This document shows, piece by piece, positions 1-13,200 of a stretch of DNA of 64,000 bases. The notes beneath the pieces were generated by a model, which did no database searches, was not told the origin of the DNA, and saw only the letters and a list, made by a program, of their open reading frames with translations. The translations under genes were made by a program, and so were the position numbers. This stretch comes from Camelus ferus. Its lineage: Eukaryota. Positions within the stretch are counted from its first letter, which is position 1, and the number at the start of each line of letters is the position of its first letter. Location: positions 12,030,001-12,094,000 of the forward strand of contig NC_045696.1 in assembly GCF_009834535.1 (NCBI RefSeq), given 5' to 3'.

Positions 1-3000
1 CCAAAAAGTGCAAGCTCTCTGGGCCACTAACATTCTACATAAGTAAGTCATAGTCTGAAATGAAGAATGTAATGAGGTTAAAACTGGTACTATCTTCCAG
101 CTTGAGCTGAGTGCCTTTATTCTCATGCTCTGCTTTTCAATTTCTAGCCCAGTTTTTGCATTTTGGCGTGTCTTCCTCCCCCTTAATCTTTCATCTCTTA
201 CCTAGTGACTGTGTGATGGTTATGTTGGTGAAGGACTGATTGCTCACCTTTTGCATTTGTTACTAAACCATGTGAACATTTATTGATTCCTTTTCATGAG
301 TAGGACACTTCCAGTCTCTGTAGAGGCTACAAAATATAGTGAAAGCCACCTTCTGCCCCAAAGTTGCTTCTAGACTCACAGGAACAAACAAAGGCTTGTG
401 AAAATATAAAACATAAACCTGGTATTTTGTTTTAATAAAAATAAATGATAAAGATTAGGTAGGAGAGAACAGGGAGAAATTAAGATGATGGAAATAACTG
501 GCATTTTTACATTCGTACGTAAAAAGGATTAGGACTTTCAATTCACCAGTGTTCTGGGGGTGGCTGGTGGGACAGGGTTTGTCCCTGAAAGGAGAGAGTG
601 TGTCTATTGTATGCAAGGAATAATTTTAATTTTTCATACCCGTGTTATTTCAGGGCCCCCCACTGACCCCACATGGGCCTTCATGGTTCTCGCTGACCTT
701 TTGGGAAAAGCTTTCAAATTAAGGGGTGTTGCAGCAGTCCCTAGAAATATTTTTCTCCTAACTTGAGTTGCTTCAGACTTCCTGCTGACTCTGCTTGGAT
801 CATCCCCTGAGAATTTCTCTTGGTAGGATTTAAGAGATTTGGCATTCATCTCTAAATTCTAGTTCTGAAGATAAAAATGGCTTCTTTCCTACCTTGGCTG
901 GCTGAAAAGAATCTTGCTACTAAAAATGCTATTAATATAACGGATCCTTCAGAATGATGCATGGATGCTGTAATTCTCTAAGGTTGGGGCCATTTCCTTT
1001 AAGAAACCTCTCACGAGGCTTTTAACTTGATTAGTTTTCTGTTGGCAGGAACAGGCCTAACTAGAAATTTGTTGTTGAGAACATGCCTGTCAATTCATAT
1101 TTGCAAACTTCTGGAATATACGAGAGAAGGAGGGGACATCCTAGCGTATCTGAGGTGACAGTTTTGCCTTCTTTCACTTCAATTCTCTTTCACCATCATC
1201 CTTTCCCTCTTAAATTTAAATCTGTGTGATTCTTTAAAGGCAGCTGTGGCTAACACTTGTTCTAAGCTTTTAATTAGTTATTGGCAAATAGAGGTACCTA
1301 GACTCATCCAGACATCTTAATGTACACTTAAACAATTCAAGAAGTCTAAGAAATTGGTCATGGCCTTTGGTGTTACAGAGATGCTTATTTATTTTTTCTA
1401 CTTACAAATACGCAGCTCATGATATTCTTAGGGATATAGATCACATACATGGTCATGCATGGAGAGGCGATCTTTCTATTTTCCCTATACTGAATTGAGT
1501 CTCTGTGTTTTTCTTGCTTCTTAAAGTCGCCAGCCAGAGGGATGTGAACTTGCTGCTTTGAAGTACACTAGCAACTAGTAAAAAGGAGATTCTCTTCCTT
1601 GGAAACTTCGCTCTGAGAATCATATGATGTGTGACCTGGTAGGGAATATTCCAGTATGGGAAGAGCTTAACATCTGGTGTCTGTATGAGTTACCTCTGAA
1701 CTCATCGGAACATTCAATGGAGGTTTTTCCCTTCCTGTTGCCACAAATTTTATTTCAGTTAGGATGTGCTTGTGAGAGTTTAAGCAACGTTTGAGACTGA
1801 ACAGTGGGATTATAGAGTGATTGTGGATCGATGTGAAGGTATGTTATATTGCAGGGTGTTTCAAACTGTATGCAATGGTCATGGTAAAATTTGCTCCTTG
1901 TTTCCCTCTGGTGTCTTTGGCTTTTTTGTTTATTGTGTGACTTGCCTGGCTGGAAGATCAGTTTCATGAGAGTGGGGACTGTGTCCCTTTTGTTCTCTGG
2001 CTTCTAGAGCATGGGACGTGCTCGGTATATATTTTCTGAACGAATGACTTATGTAGAGTTGAAAGAAACAGCTCAGGGATGTGCCCAGTTACTGTTTTCC
2101 TCCGTTCCTTTCTGGCCATTTTCACATGTGTACCTTAAGTGTATACAATTTGAATGGTCTAGAGAAACCTCATTGCAGAGCAAGGAGAGTCAGGCTACAT
2201 AGAGTCACACTTGTCAAGCTTTGAGGATTTTTGTATTTCCCACTGTGGGTCACCATCCTCAGACCAGTAAGAGCAACTGAAAAAATGTTAAAGAGGGACT
2301 TAAATTAACCTAGGTAGCCCCAAAAGGCTGAATCACATTGAGTGATTTCATAATGTGAATTTCTGTTTGCAGGGCACTCTGTACCAGATTAATGTTCTCA
2401 GGTTGGATTTGCTCCCAGAAATAAACCCATTAAATAAATCCATTAGTTTGCTGCTCAGCAGAGAGTGGAGTTTCTATTTTGTTTTGCCACCCTCCCTCCC
2501 ACATCACACCCCCTCCCCAGACCCCCAAATCAAGGTTTTCAGAATGCTGTGGAATTTAAGGTAAAAGCCCCTTTTCTTCTTGCCTTGGGTTTATTAAGAA
2601 GAGTTGATTGGATTTACATCTTCAGCTTTAACATTTTTGATTGGTTTTGAAGTGTAGATGGAGTTAGAATGAAACCAAAAACCATTGGGAGGAGGGAGGT
2701 TATCAAAGGCACTTATGAGTTTTGCTCGGTTTTTTAAAATATGTGATTTCAAAGAGAAAGTTACTCATTTGGCAGACACCTAGGTTTGTACTTTTTAGAG
2801 TTTTCCATTTATGGATAGGAGTAGAACTTTAAATATCCTACTATAGAGTTTTGGAAGAAAGAGAAGGGTTGCCAGCTCTAAGAAAGCAACACTGTGGCTT
2901 GCGTGGTGGGCAGATACCCTCCGGGCAGAGACAATGTAATTCTCTCGTGATCTTATATATGCTTGTATTTCACATCCCCGCAGGAGTAATCTCAGTAGAC

Positions 3001-3195
3001 GATGTTAGTTCGCACCTGCTACTGCGCAAGAGCCCAAGTACCTTCCAGGTGCACATAGTCAGATGCGCGGTTACCTGCCAAGCTGTCTGCCCACCCTGCG
3101 TGCTCAGCTCTTTCTGTTAACTGCATACCCACTGGTGACTCAGTGATCCCCTCCTTTTTTTTTTTTTTTCCCCCTTTGCGACAGACCATAAAACC

Positions 3196-4158
3196 ATGGG
3201 AAACGCAGAAAGTCAAAATGTAGTGCACGAGTTTTATGGAGAAAAGCATGCCAGCCTGGGGCGCAAGCACACGTCGCGCTCCCTGCGCCTCTCGCACAAG
3301 GCGCGGCGGACCAGGCACGCCTCCTCGGGGAAGGCGATCCACAGGAACTCCGAAGTGAGCACCCGGTCCAGCAGCACTCCCAGCATCCCCCAGTCCCTGG
3401 CCGAAAATGGCCTGGAGCCCTTCTCCCAGGAAGGCACCCTAGAGGACTTCGGGAGCCCCATTTGGGTGGACCGAGTGGATATGGGCTTGAGACCCGTGTC
3501 TTACACCGATTCTTCCGTCACTCCCAGCGTAGACAGCAGCATCGTCCTCACGGCAGCCTCTGTGCAGAGCATGCCAGACTCGGAGGAGAGCAGGCTTTAC
3601 GGGGATGACGCTACATACTTGGCTGCGGGAGGCAGGAGGCAGCATCCCTGTACACCCAATGGGCCCACTTTCATGGAGACCGCGAGCTTTAAGAAGAAAC
3701 GCTCCAAATCTGCAGACATCTGGCGGGAGGACAGCCTGGAATTCTCACTCTCTGATCTGAGCCAAGAACATTTAACAAGCAACGAAGAAATCTTGGGTTC
3801 CGCCGAGGAGAAAGACTGTGAGGAGGCTCGGGGGATGGAAGCCCGGGCGAGTCCGCGGCAGCTCAGTGCCTGTCAGCGTGCCAATTCGCTGGGGGACTTG
3901 TACGCTCAGAAGAACTCAGGGGTGGCGGCGAACGGGGGGCCGAGGAGCAAATTTACAGGCTGTTGTCGGAATTTGGTGTCTGACATTCCCGATCTTGCAA
4001 ACCATAAGATGCCACCAGCTGCCGCTGAAGAGGCTCTTCCGTACAGTAATTATAACACACTTCCCTGTAGGAAATCTCACTGTCTTTCCGAAGGTGCCGC
4101 CAACCCGCAAATTAGCCATAGCAACAGCATGCAAGGCAGAAGAGCAAAAACAACTCAG
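3196..4158 (+). CDS. TIAM1: TIAM1 first coding exon (963 nt CDS, codons 1-321); the exon begins at 3185 with 11 nt of 5'UTR
   Basis: Poly-pyrimidine tract plus acag acceptor (AG 3183-3184). Kozak accATGg. MGNAES myristoylation motif and RSKSAD/RANSL 14-3-3-type sites. Donor CAG|gtaaag at 4159. Confidence 0.98.
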
Positions 4159-4362
4159 GTAAAGTGACTGAAATCTGTTTCGGTATTTTGGAAACGGTGC
4201 ATGACTTTTAAGTGCATGATTTTGCTCTTAGAGGTTTCCCATCTTTTAGCCGGGTTTTACCCCGTGTGCTGGGTTGGGGCTGCGGCTGATGCTGGAGGAT
4301 TCATCTCCTTTCTGCTTTGCCCCTCTTACAGCTCTGTGGTTAAGGGGTGGGGATTAAGGTGA

Positions 4363-4364
<2 letters not shown>

Positions 4365-4394
<30 letters not shown>
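4365..4394. repeat. (GT)15 microsatellite
   Basis: Read directly. Confidence 0.95.
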
Positions 4395-4396
<2 letters not shown>

Positions 4397-5614
4397 TGTG
4401 ACAGGAGTGGGGATAAAGCTAATAACTTCATATTGGGAAGCTGCCTGTCCGACTCAGCCCTTCAGCAGCATCTTGCTTATTCTAAGCTTCCGTTCTAACG
4501 TGGTCCTATCCGTGGACAGATGGGGATGGTGGGGTGTGGACTCTTGGCGCTTATTTCTTCGGCGCCACAGGTGGGAAGAGGTTAGTCGGCAGCCCGTTGG
4601 AGGAGGCATTTTTGATTCAGGGCGGGCTCTGGTCATATGTCAGCTTCTCTCAGGGGTTGGCAGGCTGACTGCCTTACCAGGAGCCATTTCAATTTCCTGT
4701 TTCTTGAAATGCCGGCCAGCCCTCTCTCTGGAGGGAGGTGTTGTGGAAGGAATAACATGGGTGGGTTCCAGTTCGTCCTTTGCAGCCAACTAGTTCTTGA
4801 CCTTGGGCAAACCCTGACTTCTAGTTGCTCTTCTGAACAATGAGGGAAAGATGCTCGATTTGCTTGCTACGGGGTCTAGGTTATGAGAGCCTGGGTATGA
4901 AAACATTTTTTTCGAAGCTTTAAAACGAGTCTTACTAACGAAAGGAGGACCCGTTCCCTTAATTAGTCATGGTAATTAACATGAGGATGGTAAGGCAAGT
5001 CGTCCTGCTTGCCTTGGTCCTTTGCTGGTCCTGCTGTTCCCTGTAGTGAAGTTCCAGGAGTCCTGGCCTGTGTTGAGGATGGGTTGGTAGTTTGCAGGAT
5101 GGTGTTTCTGATCAGGGATCCAGACGGGGCCCACTTGCCTTGGAAGGTGTCTCAGCCACCCTGGTGACCAGTGACCACCACCGAGGTCAGCTGGAAAACA
5201 GCAGGTGCACTCCGACCTGGCCAGCAGGGCTCGGTGTTGCACCTTCTGGTCTTGTTTCAGTGCAAGTCAAATGGGGATTTCAAGGGTAAATTCGCTTGGG
5301 AAGGGTGTCTAAATAGAATGGGCAGATGGTGGAGCACCTGGGGAGGGGGCAAAGAAAACTGGCACTAGACCTTCTGTGTTCCTGCCCGAGAGCAGGGTTT
5401 TTCAAATTTACAAAAAAAATTTTTTCAGTTTTCAAAAATCTCAGGTTTCTCATTTTATTTTGGAATTTTAAATTTCCATATACAAGTCATCTGGGGATAC
5501 AGTTTTTTTTTTTTTTCACTCTAGCTTTCTGTATTAGAATCATCAGATTTTACTGTGTATTCCTCTGGGTTTCTGTAGGTTAAAGGAGCCTGTGTTTGAC
5601 CTTTTACTTTGCTT

Positions 5615-6020
5615 TTTAAACACGTATTTTAATTGTGGTAAAAGTACACATAACATTTACCATCTTGTTCATTTTTTTTTTAAAGTGCAGTTGAGGGGTG
5701 TTACGAACAGTCACTGTGTTGGGCGGCCACGACCATCCGTCATCTGCAGAACGCTTTTCATCTTGTAGAACTGAAGCTCTGTACCCATTAAACGATCCTC
5801 CCATACCCCCTCTCCCCAGCCCCTGGCCAGCACCGTTCCACTTTATGTCTCAAAGAGTGGGACCACTCTGGAGACCTCATCTAAGTGGACTCATGCCATA
5901 TTTGTCTTTTTGTGACTGGCTTCTTATACTTACGTTGATGTCCTCCAGGTTCACATGTTGTAGCATGTGGCAGAAGTCCCTTCCCTTTTTAAGGCTGAAT
6001 AATCTTCCCATGTATGGATA
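5615..6020 (-). mobile_element. L1 (L1MB-like) 3' end fragment
   Basis: ttttaattgtggtaaaagtacacataacatttaccatc...ttttgtgactggctt...aaggctgaataat resembles the L1M 3'UTR in antisense. Confidence 0.8.
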
Positions 6021-6119
6021 AAACGACTCCCCCACCCCGCCCCACACCCCCCACGCCTCCCATGCCTCCTACTTCATCCATTGGAGGACAGGTTTTGCTG
6101 ATGGTGTCCAAGCCAGGAC

Positions 6120-6280
6120 CTGGCTCACCTCTTCTTACCTGAGTAACTTTGGGCAACATTTTTAAGTCTCTTGAAGCCTTAATTTCTTCATCTGTCCAAT
6201 GGGGATAATAATACGTTTTTTTGAGAAAATGGAAGCTGCCAGCAGGGGAGACTCTGTAAGCTGCTGTGGTTTTCATTATT
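6120..6280. mobile_element. MIR SINE fragment (other MIR fragments near 7100, 8330, 12400, 51550, 57480, 62330)
   Basis: aactttgggcaac...ccttaatttcttcatctgtccaatggggataata matches the MIR core. Confidence 0.65.
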
Positions 6281-8049
6281 ATTAATGGTGTTAGTTGAGG
6301 ACCCAGGGTAATTTGGTGTTTTTATATCAAATTTTGTGTTTTAGAAACATAATTACTAAAAAGGCTGATTTCTGTGATTTTCAGAAGGTGAGCTTGAATA
6401 TTGCATCTAGAAGCCTGACTTGAATTTTTACCCATCTCTTTTCTGAAGCGAGATTATAAGGTTAGAAATGACTGAATAACCCCCCTCTGTGGTCCCTCTG
6501 CCTGCTCTGTGCGGACTCTTCCTGCACTGGCAACCTGACCTGTCAGGATGCGGGTGAGGTCGGTGACCTATCAAAGGGTCATCTGAAAGGCACTGCAGGC
6601 TGTGTCTTGAGGATGTCGCCAGATTGGCATTACAGGCCCGATTCAAAGAGCTGGTTTACTGGCCCTCGCAAGTTAGAGCAGGGTACATTGATACAGACTG
6701 TTGGAAAAGCAGCCTTGCCTGTGGCTGGCACTTTCACCTGGCACAGTGCTAAGTTGGCACACATTCTGTGTAAGAGTTGACAGGGGTGCCCCGGGGTACC
6801 CTGGCTCCCTGTCTCCACATCCCCAGCACTGGGGACAGCTGGCTCTCTGCTCCTCCCAGCCCCTAACTCACCCATGGGGGTGTGAGCCTTTGAGTCATGG
6901 CTACCCCCAGAAGAGGGGCAACGCTGGTACCCCTGAAAGTTCTCACGTGTAATTGTTGTATGACATTTCCATTCTTTGGCTTGTCACCTTCCAACATGGT
7001 TAATGTATGGGAGTGAGATCATCTCAATGTGGTGCCTCATAAAGCACCGTGGTAGCTTAATGTAATGCAAAGTGCAACGCAGGAGGAATCTTAAGAAGTT
7101 CATTTGCATCCTGGCTCACTCCTTACTGACTGGTGACCTTGGGCAAGTCACTCCATCGCAGACCGCTTCTCTGTCCAGGGTGAGTGACACCAGCCTCTGT
7201 CAGGGCCATTAAGAGAACCACATGGGATTCCATGTGTAGAAGCCTTTCGCAGAGTCTGTAAAGTGAACGGAAGTATTATTTTTGTCTCGATTTTACATGT
7301 TGAGCGAGGATCTTTAATGACTTGAAACAAACCCCAGAATTATGCACAACACTACCCATCCACCCACGCTTCCTAGTCTAAGTTTGGCGTGTTCATCCAA
7401 CGCGATTTCTTGAGAACCCACTATGTTCCAAACAGTGTATTTTAAGAGGCAGTGGGTGTGAAGGCTTCCTTGAAAAGATTTTTTTTTTTTTTTAAATTTT
7501 GGTAGAACTTTCTGACCCAGGGGACCTCTGCAGCGAGTTGGGACTGTGGATGTGAGAGTCTCCTCGTCTGCCCTGGTGATGCAGTCGAATTTGTAACAGC
7601 CCTGTCAGCAGTGTCACTCCCCAGAAAAGAGTTCCTGGCAGGCAGCTGGCCCAAAGGCACGGCCTTTGGGCCTGGGAGACAATATATTGTATCTGAAATA
7701 ACATGAACAACATCTTTTTATTTGAAAATGATCAAAAAAGAGTTTTTGGCCATTCTTCCTATTTTTTGTGTTTGTTCAGGAGTTGGACATGTTACTGAAA
7801 CAGGAAGGCACCAGAATTCACATTTAGGTTTTAAAAAGTGACACGTTTTATGTGTCTGCCACACAGTCAGTGCTGAGGAATTCTGTGTGTTAAATTCAGT
7901 ATGTTTAAGTGTGTGTGTGTGCACTGTGCATGCAGTTTCATCTTGTGAGTCAGTCTGGTCGTCATCTGTGGGGAGGGTTTACCTGTATCTCTTAAAGCCG
8001 AGTTTTCTTGTATTGACTTCTATCAAATACCGAGTAGATTGCCCCTTGA

Positions 8050-8200
8050 TTTTTTTTTTTTTTTGGTGAGCGGGGGAGGGACAGGTAATTAATTTTATTT
8101 ATTTACTTATTCACTTTTTTAAATGGAGGCACTGGGGATTGAACCCAGGACCTTGTGTGTGCTAAGCCCGCTCTCTACCACTGAGCTGTATCCTCCACCC
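8050..8200 (-). mobile_element. tRNA-derived camelid-type SINE (vic-1-like)
   Basis: Reverse complement reads gggtggaggatacagctcagtggtagagagc...gtcctgggttcaatcccc (A box, B box), followed by an A-rich tail. Confidence 0.85.
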
Positions 8201-9848
8201 TGACCTTTGATTTAATTGATAACCTCATTGGGTGTTTTTGGCCTGAACTTTATTCTCTCAGTCTTCCCATGGTTAATGGACAGAGGAGGGGGCAGCCTGG
8301 TTTCATGCAAAGAAGAGGTTCTGAAGTCCAGCAGGTCTGAGCTTGCAAGTTTGGACGCCGTTACTTGTTGGCTGTGTAACCTTGGAAGGGTCTCAGTGAC
8401 TCTTGAATGAAGTTAATGTCACGGTTCCACACAGGCAGGAATGTAAATCTCCTGGCACAGTATTGCATGTGATAGGTGCTCTGTAAATAATGTGATGGTG
8501 AAGTTTGTTTTAATATTCTGGAGCTCAGGTCTTCCGTGTCTCTAAGACCACCAGCAGGTGAGGTGGAGAGAGAAAAGTACCACCTGATGGAGGGTCTTGG
8601 AGCCAAGTCCTATATCTCAAAGGGAAGCTTTGGCTCACAGCGTTTGTGCATAACTTGTGAGGAGAGCTTCATTCATCCACCTGGAGATAAACGAAAGGGA
8701 GCCTCTGTGCTGAGACTGTCTCAGGGGATCGCCGCCAGAGGCCCTCTCCAAGCTCCTCTCGGGGATGCGGTGCTGGTGATGAAGTTGGTGTGTTGGTCTA
8801 GTTTCTGACGCCTTCCTCACGCTGTAGCACAGAGTGGGACGGAGGGAAGGCCGAGCTCCGGGCCCCCAGGGGCCACTGCGGGGATTCATTTCAGCCTGAT
8901 TTCCAGTTGCCAGCTCACCCATCATCTCTCTCTCCAACCCCATCGCTTTTCAGGGATTAGCTGGCAAGGTCTCACAAATGGATTAAAATCCAGGTCTTCT
9001 GATCCACAGGCGAGAGTTCATTCTTCAGAAGCAAACCCACATCACACTACCTGCCCATGTTCAAACAGGTTTCAGTTCATGTGCCCTCAGATTTTAACAT
9101 CAAAACCCTCAATTCTGGTACAGAAGCCAACAAAAGAAAAACAAAGGTTAGTGGAAAAAAATAGTAACTGGCCACTACTGTGGCCCGAAACAGTGGCTCC
9201 CGAAAGATGTGACCAGAGACAACTTTAGAAGGTGTCATTCCTGGTGACTCTCTTGCTTAAATGAGTAAGTGACAGAGTTGGTGATTTCAGCGAGATAAAG
9301 GGGGCAGCCTTGTCAGAAGATCGTGAGTTCCTACAAAAACTGTGTTGAGTTTTAAAATTTTGTTTTGTTTTACACTTGGCTTAAATGGCTCAGGGGTAAG
9401 TATGTTCCCTGAGCTGAGAACAGACATCAGCATCCCAGAACTTCTTAACCTTTGATCACAGATTCCTTTGAGAGCCAGATGAAAAACGTGGATCCTTTAG
9501 GATCAACACCTTTTAGGGACCACCCTTCTGCCTATCATGCAGGGGATCCTTGGGTCCTCCAAGGTCCATCGAGAAACCTCTGGTTAAAACCTCAGGTTAA
9601 TTCGTCATGAAACAAAATATTTTCATATAAAATCCACTTCTAAAAATAACATCTCTTCCTTCCCTTCTCCTGTTTGATTCTTCTTTTTTGCTTTCCTTTT
9701 GATCTTTCTTTTTCTGGCATGTAACTTAAGCAATGAGATACTTGTTTTGAAGACCAGCCCATCCATTTTCAACATGAATATCTATCTCTTTTGCCAAGAA
9801 CTTTTAGGGAGGGAGAGGGTGAGTAGGTGGCTGAGAGATGGCTTATAT

Positions 9849-10290
9849 CAGCGATTCTCAGACTCGTCTATACTCTTAAAAAGTGTTACAGTTGCTGAAG
9901 GGCTTCTGTTCATGTGGGTTACATCTATAAATATTTATCACATGAGAAATTGAGACAGAAATATGAAAAAATGCTTGCTAATTCATCTTAAAATAACATC
10001 AACAAATCTATTACATGTTCACATAAATAAGTTTATTTTTAAAAATTTATTTTCTAAAATTAAAAAAAAAGAGTGAGAAGAACTTTATTTTTTTTCAAAT
10101 CTCTACAATTTCTGGCTTCCCAGAAGACCCTAAAGTCTCATATCGGCTTCTGCATTCACTCCCTTGCGGTAAGCTGTTTTGGCTGGACTGTAGGAGGCAA
10201 ACCTGGATCGAACAGGTGGTTGGAAAAAGGAGGGCCTTAGGGCCCCCTGAAATTAATTAAGGACCCCTGGTCCACACTTGGAGAGCTGCT
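9849..10290. mobile_element. hAT-Charlie (Charlie1-like) fragment
   Basis: tatactcttaaaa...gttcatgtgggttacatctataaatattta...ttctgcattcac resembles recalled Charlie1 sequence. Confidence 0.55.
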
Positions 10291-13200
10291 CATTTATGTT
10301 AATACAGGTTGGAGAAATTTCAAGCCTTTGAAAATCACATGCTGAGTTTAGTGCATAAAGAGAGGAGAGTCTGTGCCCCTTGGTGCACATTGTGTCCCAC
10401 AGTAATGTGTGATGCGGGTTTCCTAGCATGACTGAGGAGGGCAAAGGACTGGGAGCGGGAGTGGAACCTCCCCTCCCCAGCCAGCCTGCTGTGCAGCCCT
10501 GAGAGCATCTCCCCAGGAGGCCAGGGCCCAACTTAGGAAACTCCCAAGGCTTTTCACTCTGCCACTGGGGCCCGTGGACAGAATATCTAGTCTGGGCCAT
10601 GAAACAGCCCAATATGTCTTTCTCACTTTCTCAACTTTTCAAAAGCTTAAAGAAAAAACCATGTGGATGAATTCTGGTTGTCTCCGTAAAAGACGTAATA
10701 AACCTGGATGGCTCGAGGGTTGCAGCCAGGCTTTCCAGTCGGGACTCTTCTGTGACTTCATCAGGAGTTGAGTGTGAGCGGAGCCTGGAAATGACTAGAA
10801 CGTTAAATCAAATGGAAATGTATTCCCTGAGGCATGGTTTTCTTGTTTTGAGAGGAGGGTGGAAAATGAGCAGCCGTTAAGTTGTTCAACAATGTTTGGT
10901 GTTTTTTTTTTGGAGTGCCTACGCCATGCCAGGCACTATTCTTGGCACTTGGGATGCGTCAGGAAAAGATCTCTGAGCTCAGGGAGCTGGTTGGGTTGAG
11001 GTGGGTGTGGGTGTGCAGAAACACTTAGCACCACAAGCACGTGGCCTGCTGCGGGGGAGAGCGAGTTGAGGAAGATCAGCTGGTCAGGTTGGTCCCCTGG
11101 AGAGGGCAGACTTGAGTCAGGATTTGAAGGGGAGATGGGAGTGGCCCTCTATGGTTGAGATGCAGTAGAGTAGTTGGCATGGCGATTCGAGGAAGACACG
11201 AGAAGGCTTCCAGCTTAGGGAAGAGGGACTTGAACTGAGCCTTGAAGGATCAGGATTCCTGGAAGCAAGGAAAGTTGGGAACATACACTGAAATGAGTTC
11301 TTCAGTTTCACTGGTGACTGGGTGCATCCGAAGAGCCAGTGCTCAGGCTGGTATTCAGGGACGGCTTGATGGACAGTCTCAGGAGCCCTCCACCCAGCTC
11401 CTGGGAGACCTGACCCCACAGTGATGTGCAGGAGGGACTGATGGAAGGAAGGGAGCTGGGGAGTTTGTCACTGAACTGGGGATGTGGCACTCAGAAAAGC
11501 AGAACAGGGACCAGGGGGTGTGATCTATCCTGAGGAAGGGTGACAACAGGTTTGAGGCACGCACCTAGGAAAACAGATGAAAGGAGAGAAGATGATTCAT
11601 TAACTCAGACCCTGAGTGCTCTCCAGTCTGGAGTAACCTGAAGCCACATTTCAAGCATTTGCCAACTTCCTTCCGAGTCCCCTTTTAGTAACAGTCAGAA
11701 CTTCAGTTCCAAGGTTATAATTGAAAGAGAGCTTGAGTCACTCCCATTGGGAATCATTAGAGGGGATGGAACTGGGTGTCTGAAACTTAAAAGGGCATGG
11801 AGATTTTGCCTCGGAAAAGGAAGAAGAGGGAAATAGAGCCAGTTTCTAGAAATGCTCAGAACGAGCTGGGCCACGTACAGAGGAGCTAAGAGTGGGAGGC
11901 CCCGGAGGCAGAATTTACAAACTTCAGAATCAAAAATTCAAAAAGACACTGGACATTTGTGCAGAGAGAGAGGGGAAACAGAAAAGCCGTGCCATGATGG
12001 AAACTGATCCTGTGATATGTCTGTAAATCAAGAATGGCGATTATTAGCAGCGGTGCCCAGCAGCTCCTCAGTTTCAGCAAGAAAACATTCTTTTCTTAAT
12101 TCATCGTGCAGTTTTGTGAATGTGAAAATAATTAAAAAAATAATTGCCTTGGCTCACACCAGCCTTGGTCTGCCTCTCTGCTTTTGCCACGAGACCTTGT
12201 TTTTCCCAAGTTCCTGGATGATGACCTTTCTTCCATGTTAGAGCAAAAAGGTAGTGAGTGAGGTCAAGTGGTGTCTTCTCTCCTGGGGCTGAGATGTAAG
12301 AAAGGCTGAGGATGGGCATGACTGTCATTACAAGTAACACTCATGAACAGGTACTGTGGGCTCGGCACAGTTCTAGAAATCTGTGTTGAGTTACTTCAGT
12401 CTCATAGCATCTTATCAAAGTAGACATTGTTGCTACCCGCCTTATGCAGATGAGGAAACCGAGGCACAGACTGGTTCACAATAACTTGCCTAGAGCTGCC
12501 ATTTGCTGTCCTGAGACTGCCGAGGAGTGTGTTGAGCATACAGAGAGGGGAACATTGGGAACCAAAGACAGTCTTCGTGTGTGTGCATGCACTGGGGAGG
12601 CAGACACTTAGAACTTGCAGATGAGAAGAAGATGATAAACCTGAGGGAGAACAGTTTAGAATTTAACAAGGCAGAAATGATTCCAGTTCAAGGCTTCTGC
12701 AGGTCAGAATCTCCTCGCCCTGCTGGAATTCAGTGCCCTCTCCTCTGCAGTATTTACCTTCTCTGTACAGGTATGTTTCAACAAAGCTGAATTCATCAGG
12801 GAAATTAGACAAAGTGAACAGCATAGCAGCTTCTAATCGCATTCGACTTGGAACTAACTACAAGTGGCCAGTTGATCCCACTGGTCCCCGAATTGTCCCA
12901 GGGCCCTTGAACTTTGTGGCTAACTACCATTTCAAAATTGTGTTCATATATCATGTGCACAGCAAACCTGTTCCTCAGGCCATTTCTATAAGTCCCCCAT
13001 GGAAACATCTTGAGCCTTGGTACCATGTGTCCTCAGCCCACATTCGGGCTGGGTGATCCCCTGGTTTTCAAGGCACTGAAAACAGGCTTTGAATTTGCTT
13101 CTTGCCTCCTCCGTTTTAGACCAGAGCTCATTTCAGCATTTGTTGCCCAGCTAAAATGACTAAGAAAACTCTTGCCTGGCAGCTGTTGAATGTTCTGGGC

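Noticed and set aside
4159..4167. ORF track suggests a complete 323-aa protein ending TTQVK*
   Set aside because: Read-through into the intron; the donor at 4159 joins in frame to 17688.
6239..6251. CCAGCAGGGGAGA CTCF-like motif
   Set aside because: Lacks the terminal GGC of the core and lies in a MIR remnant.
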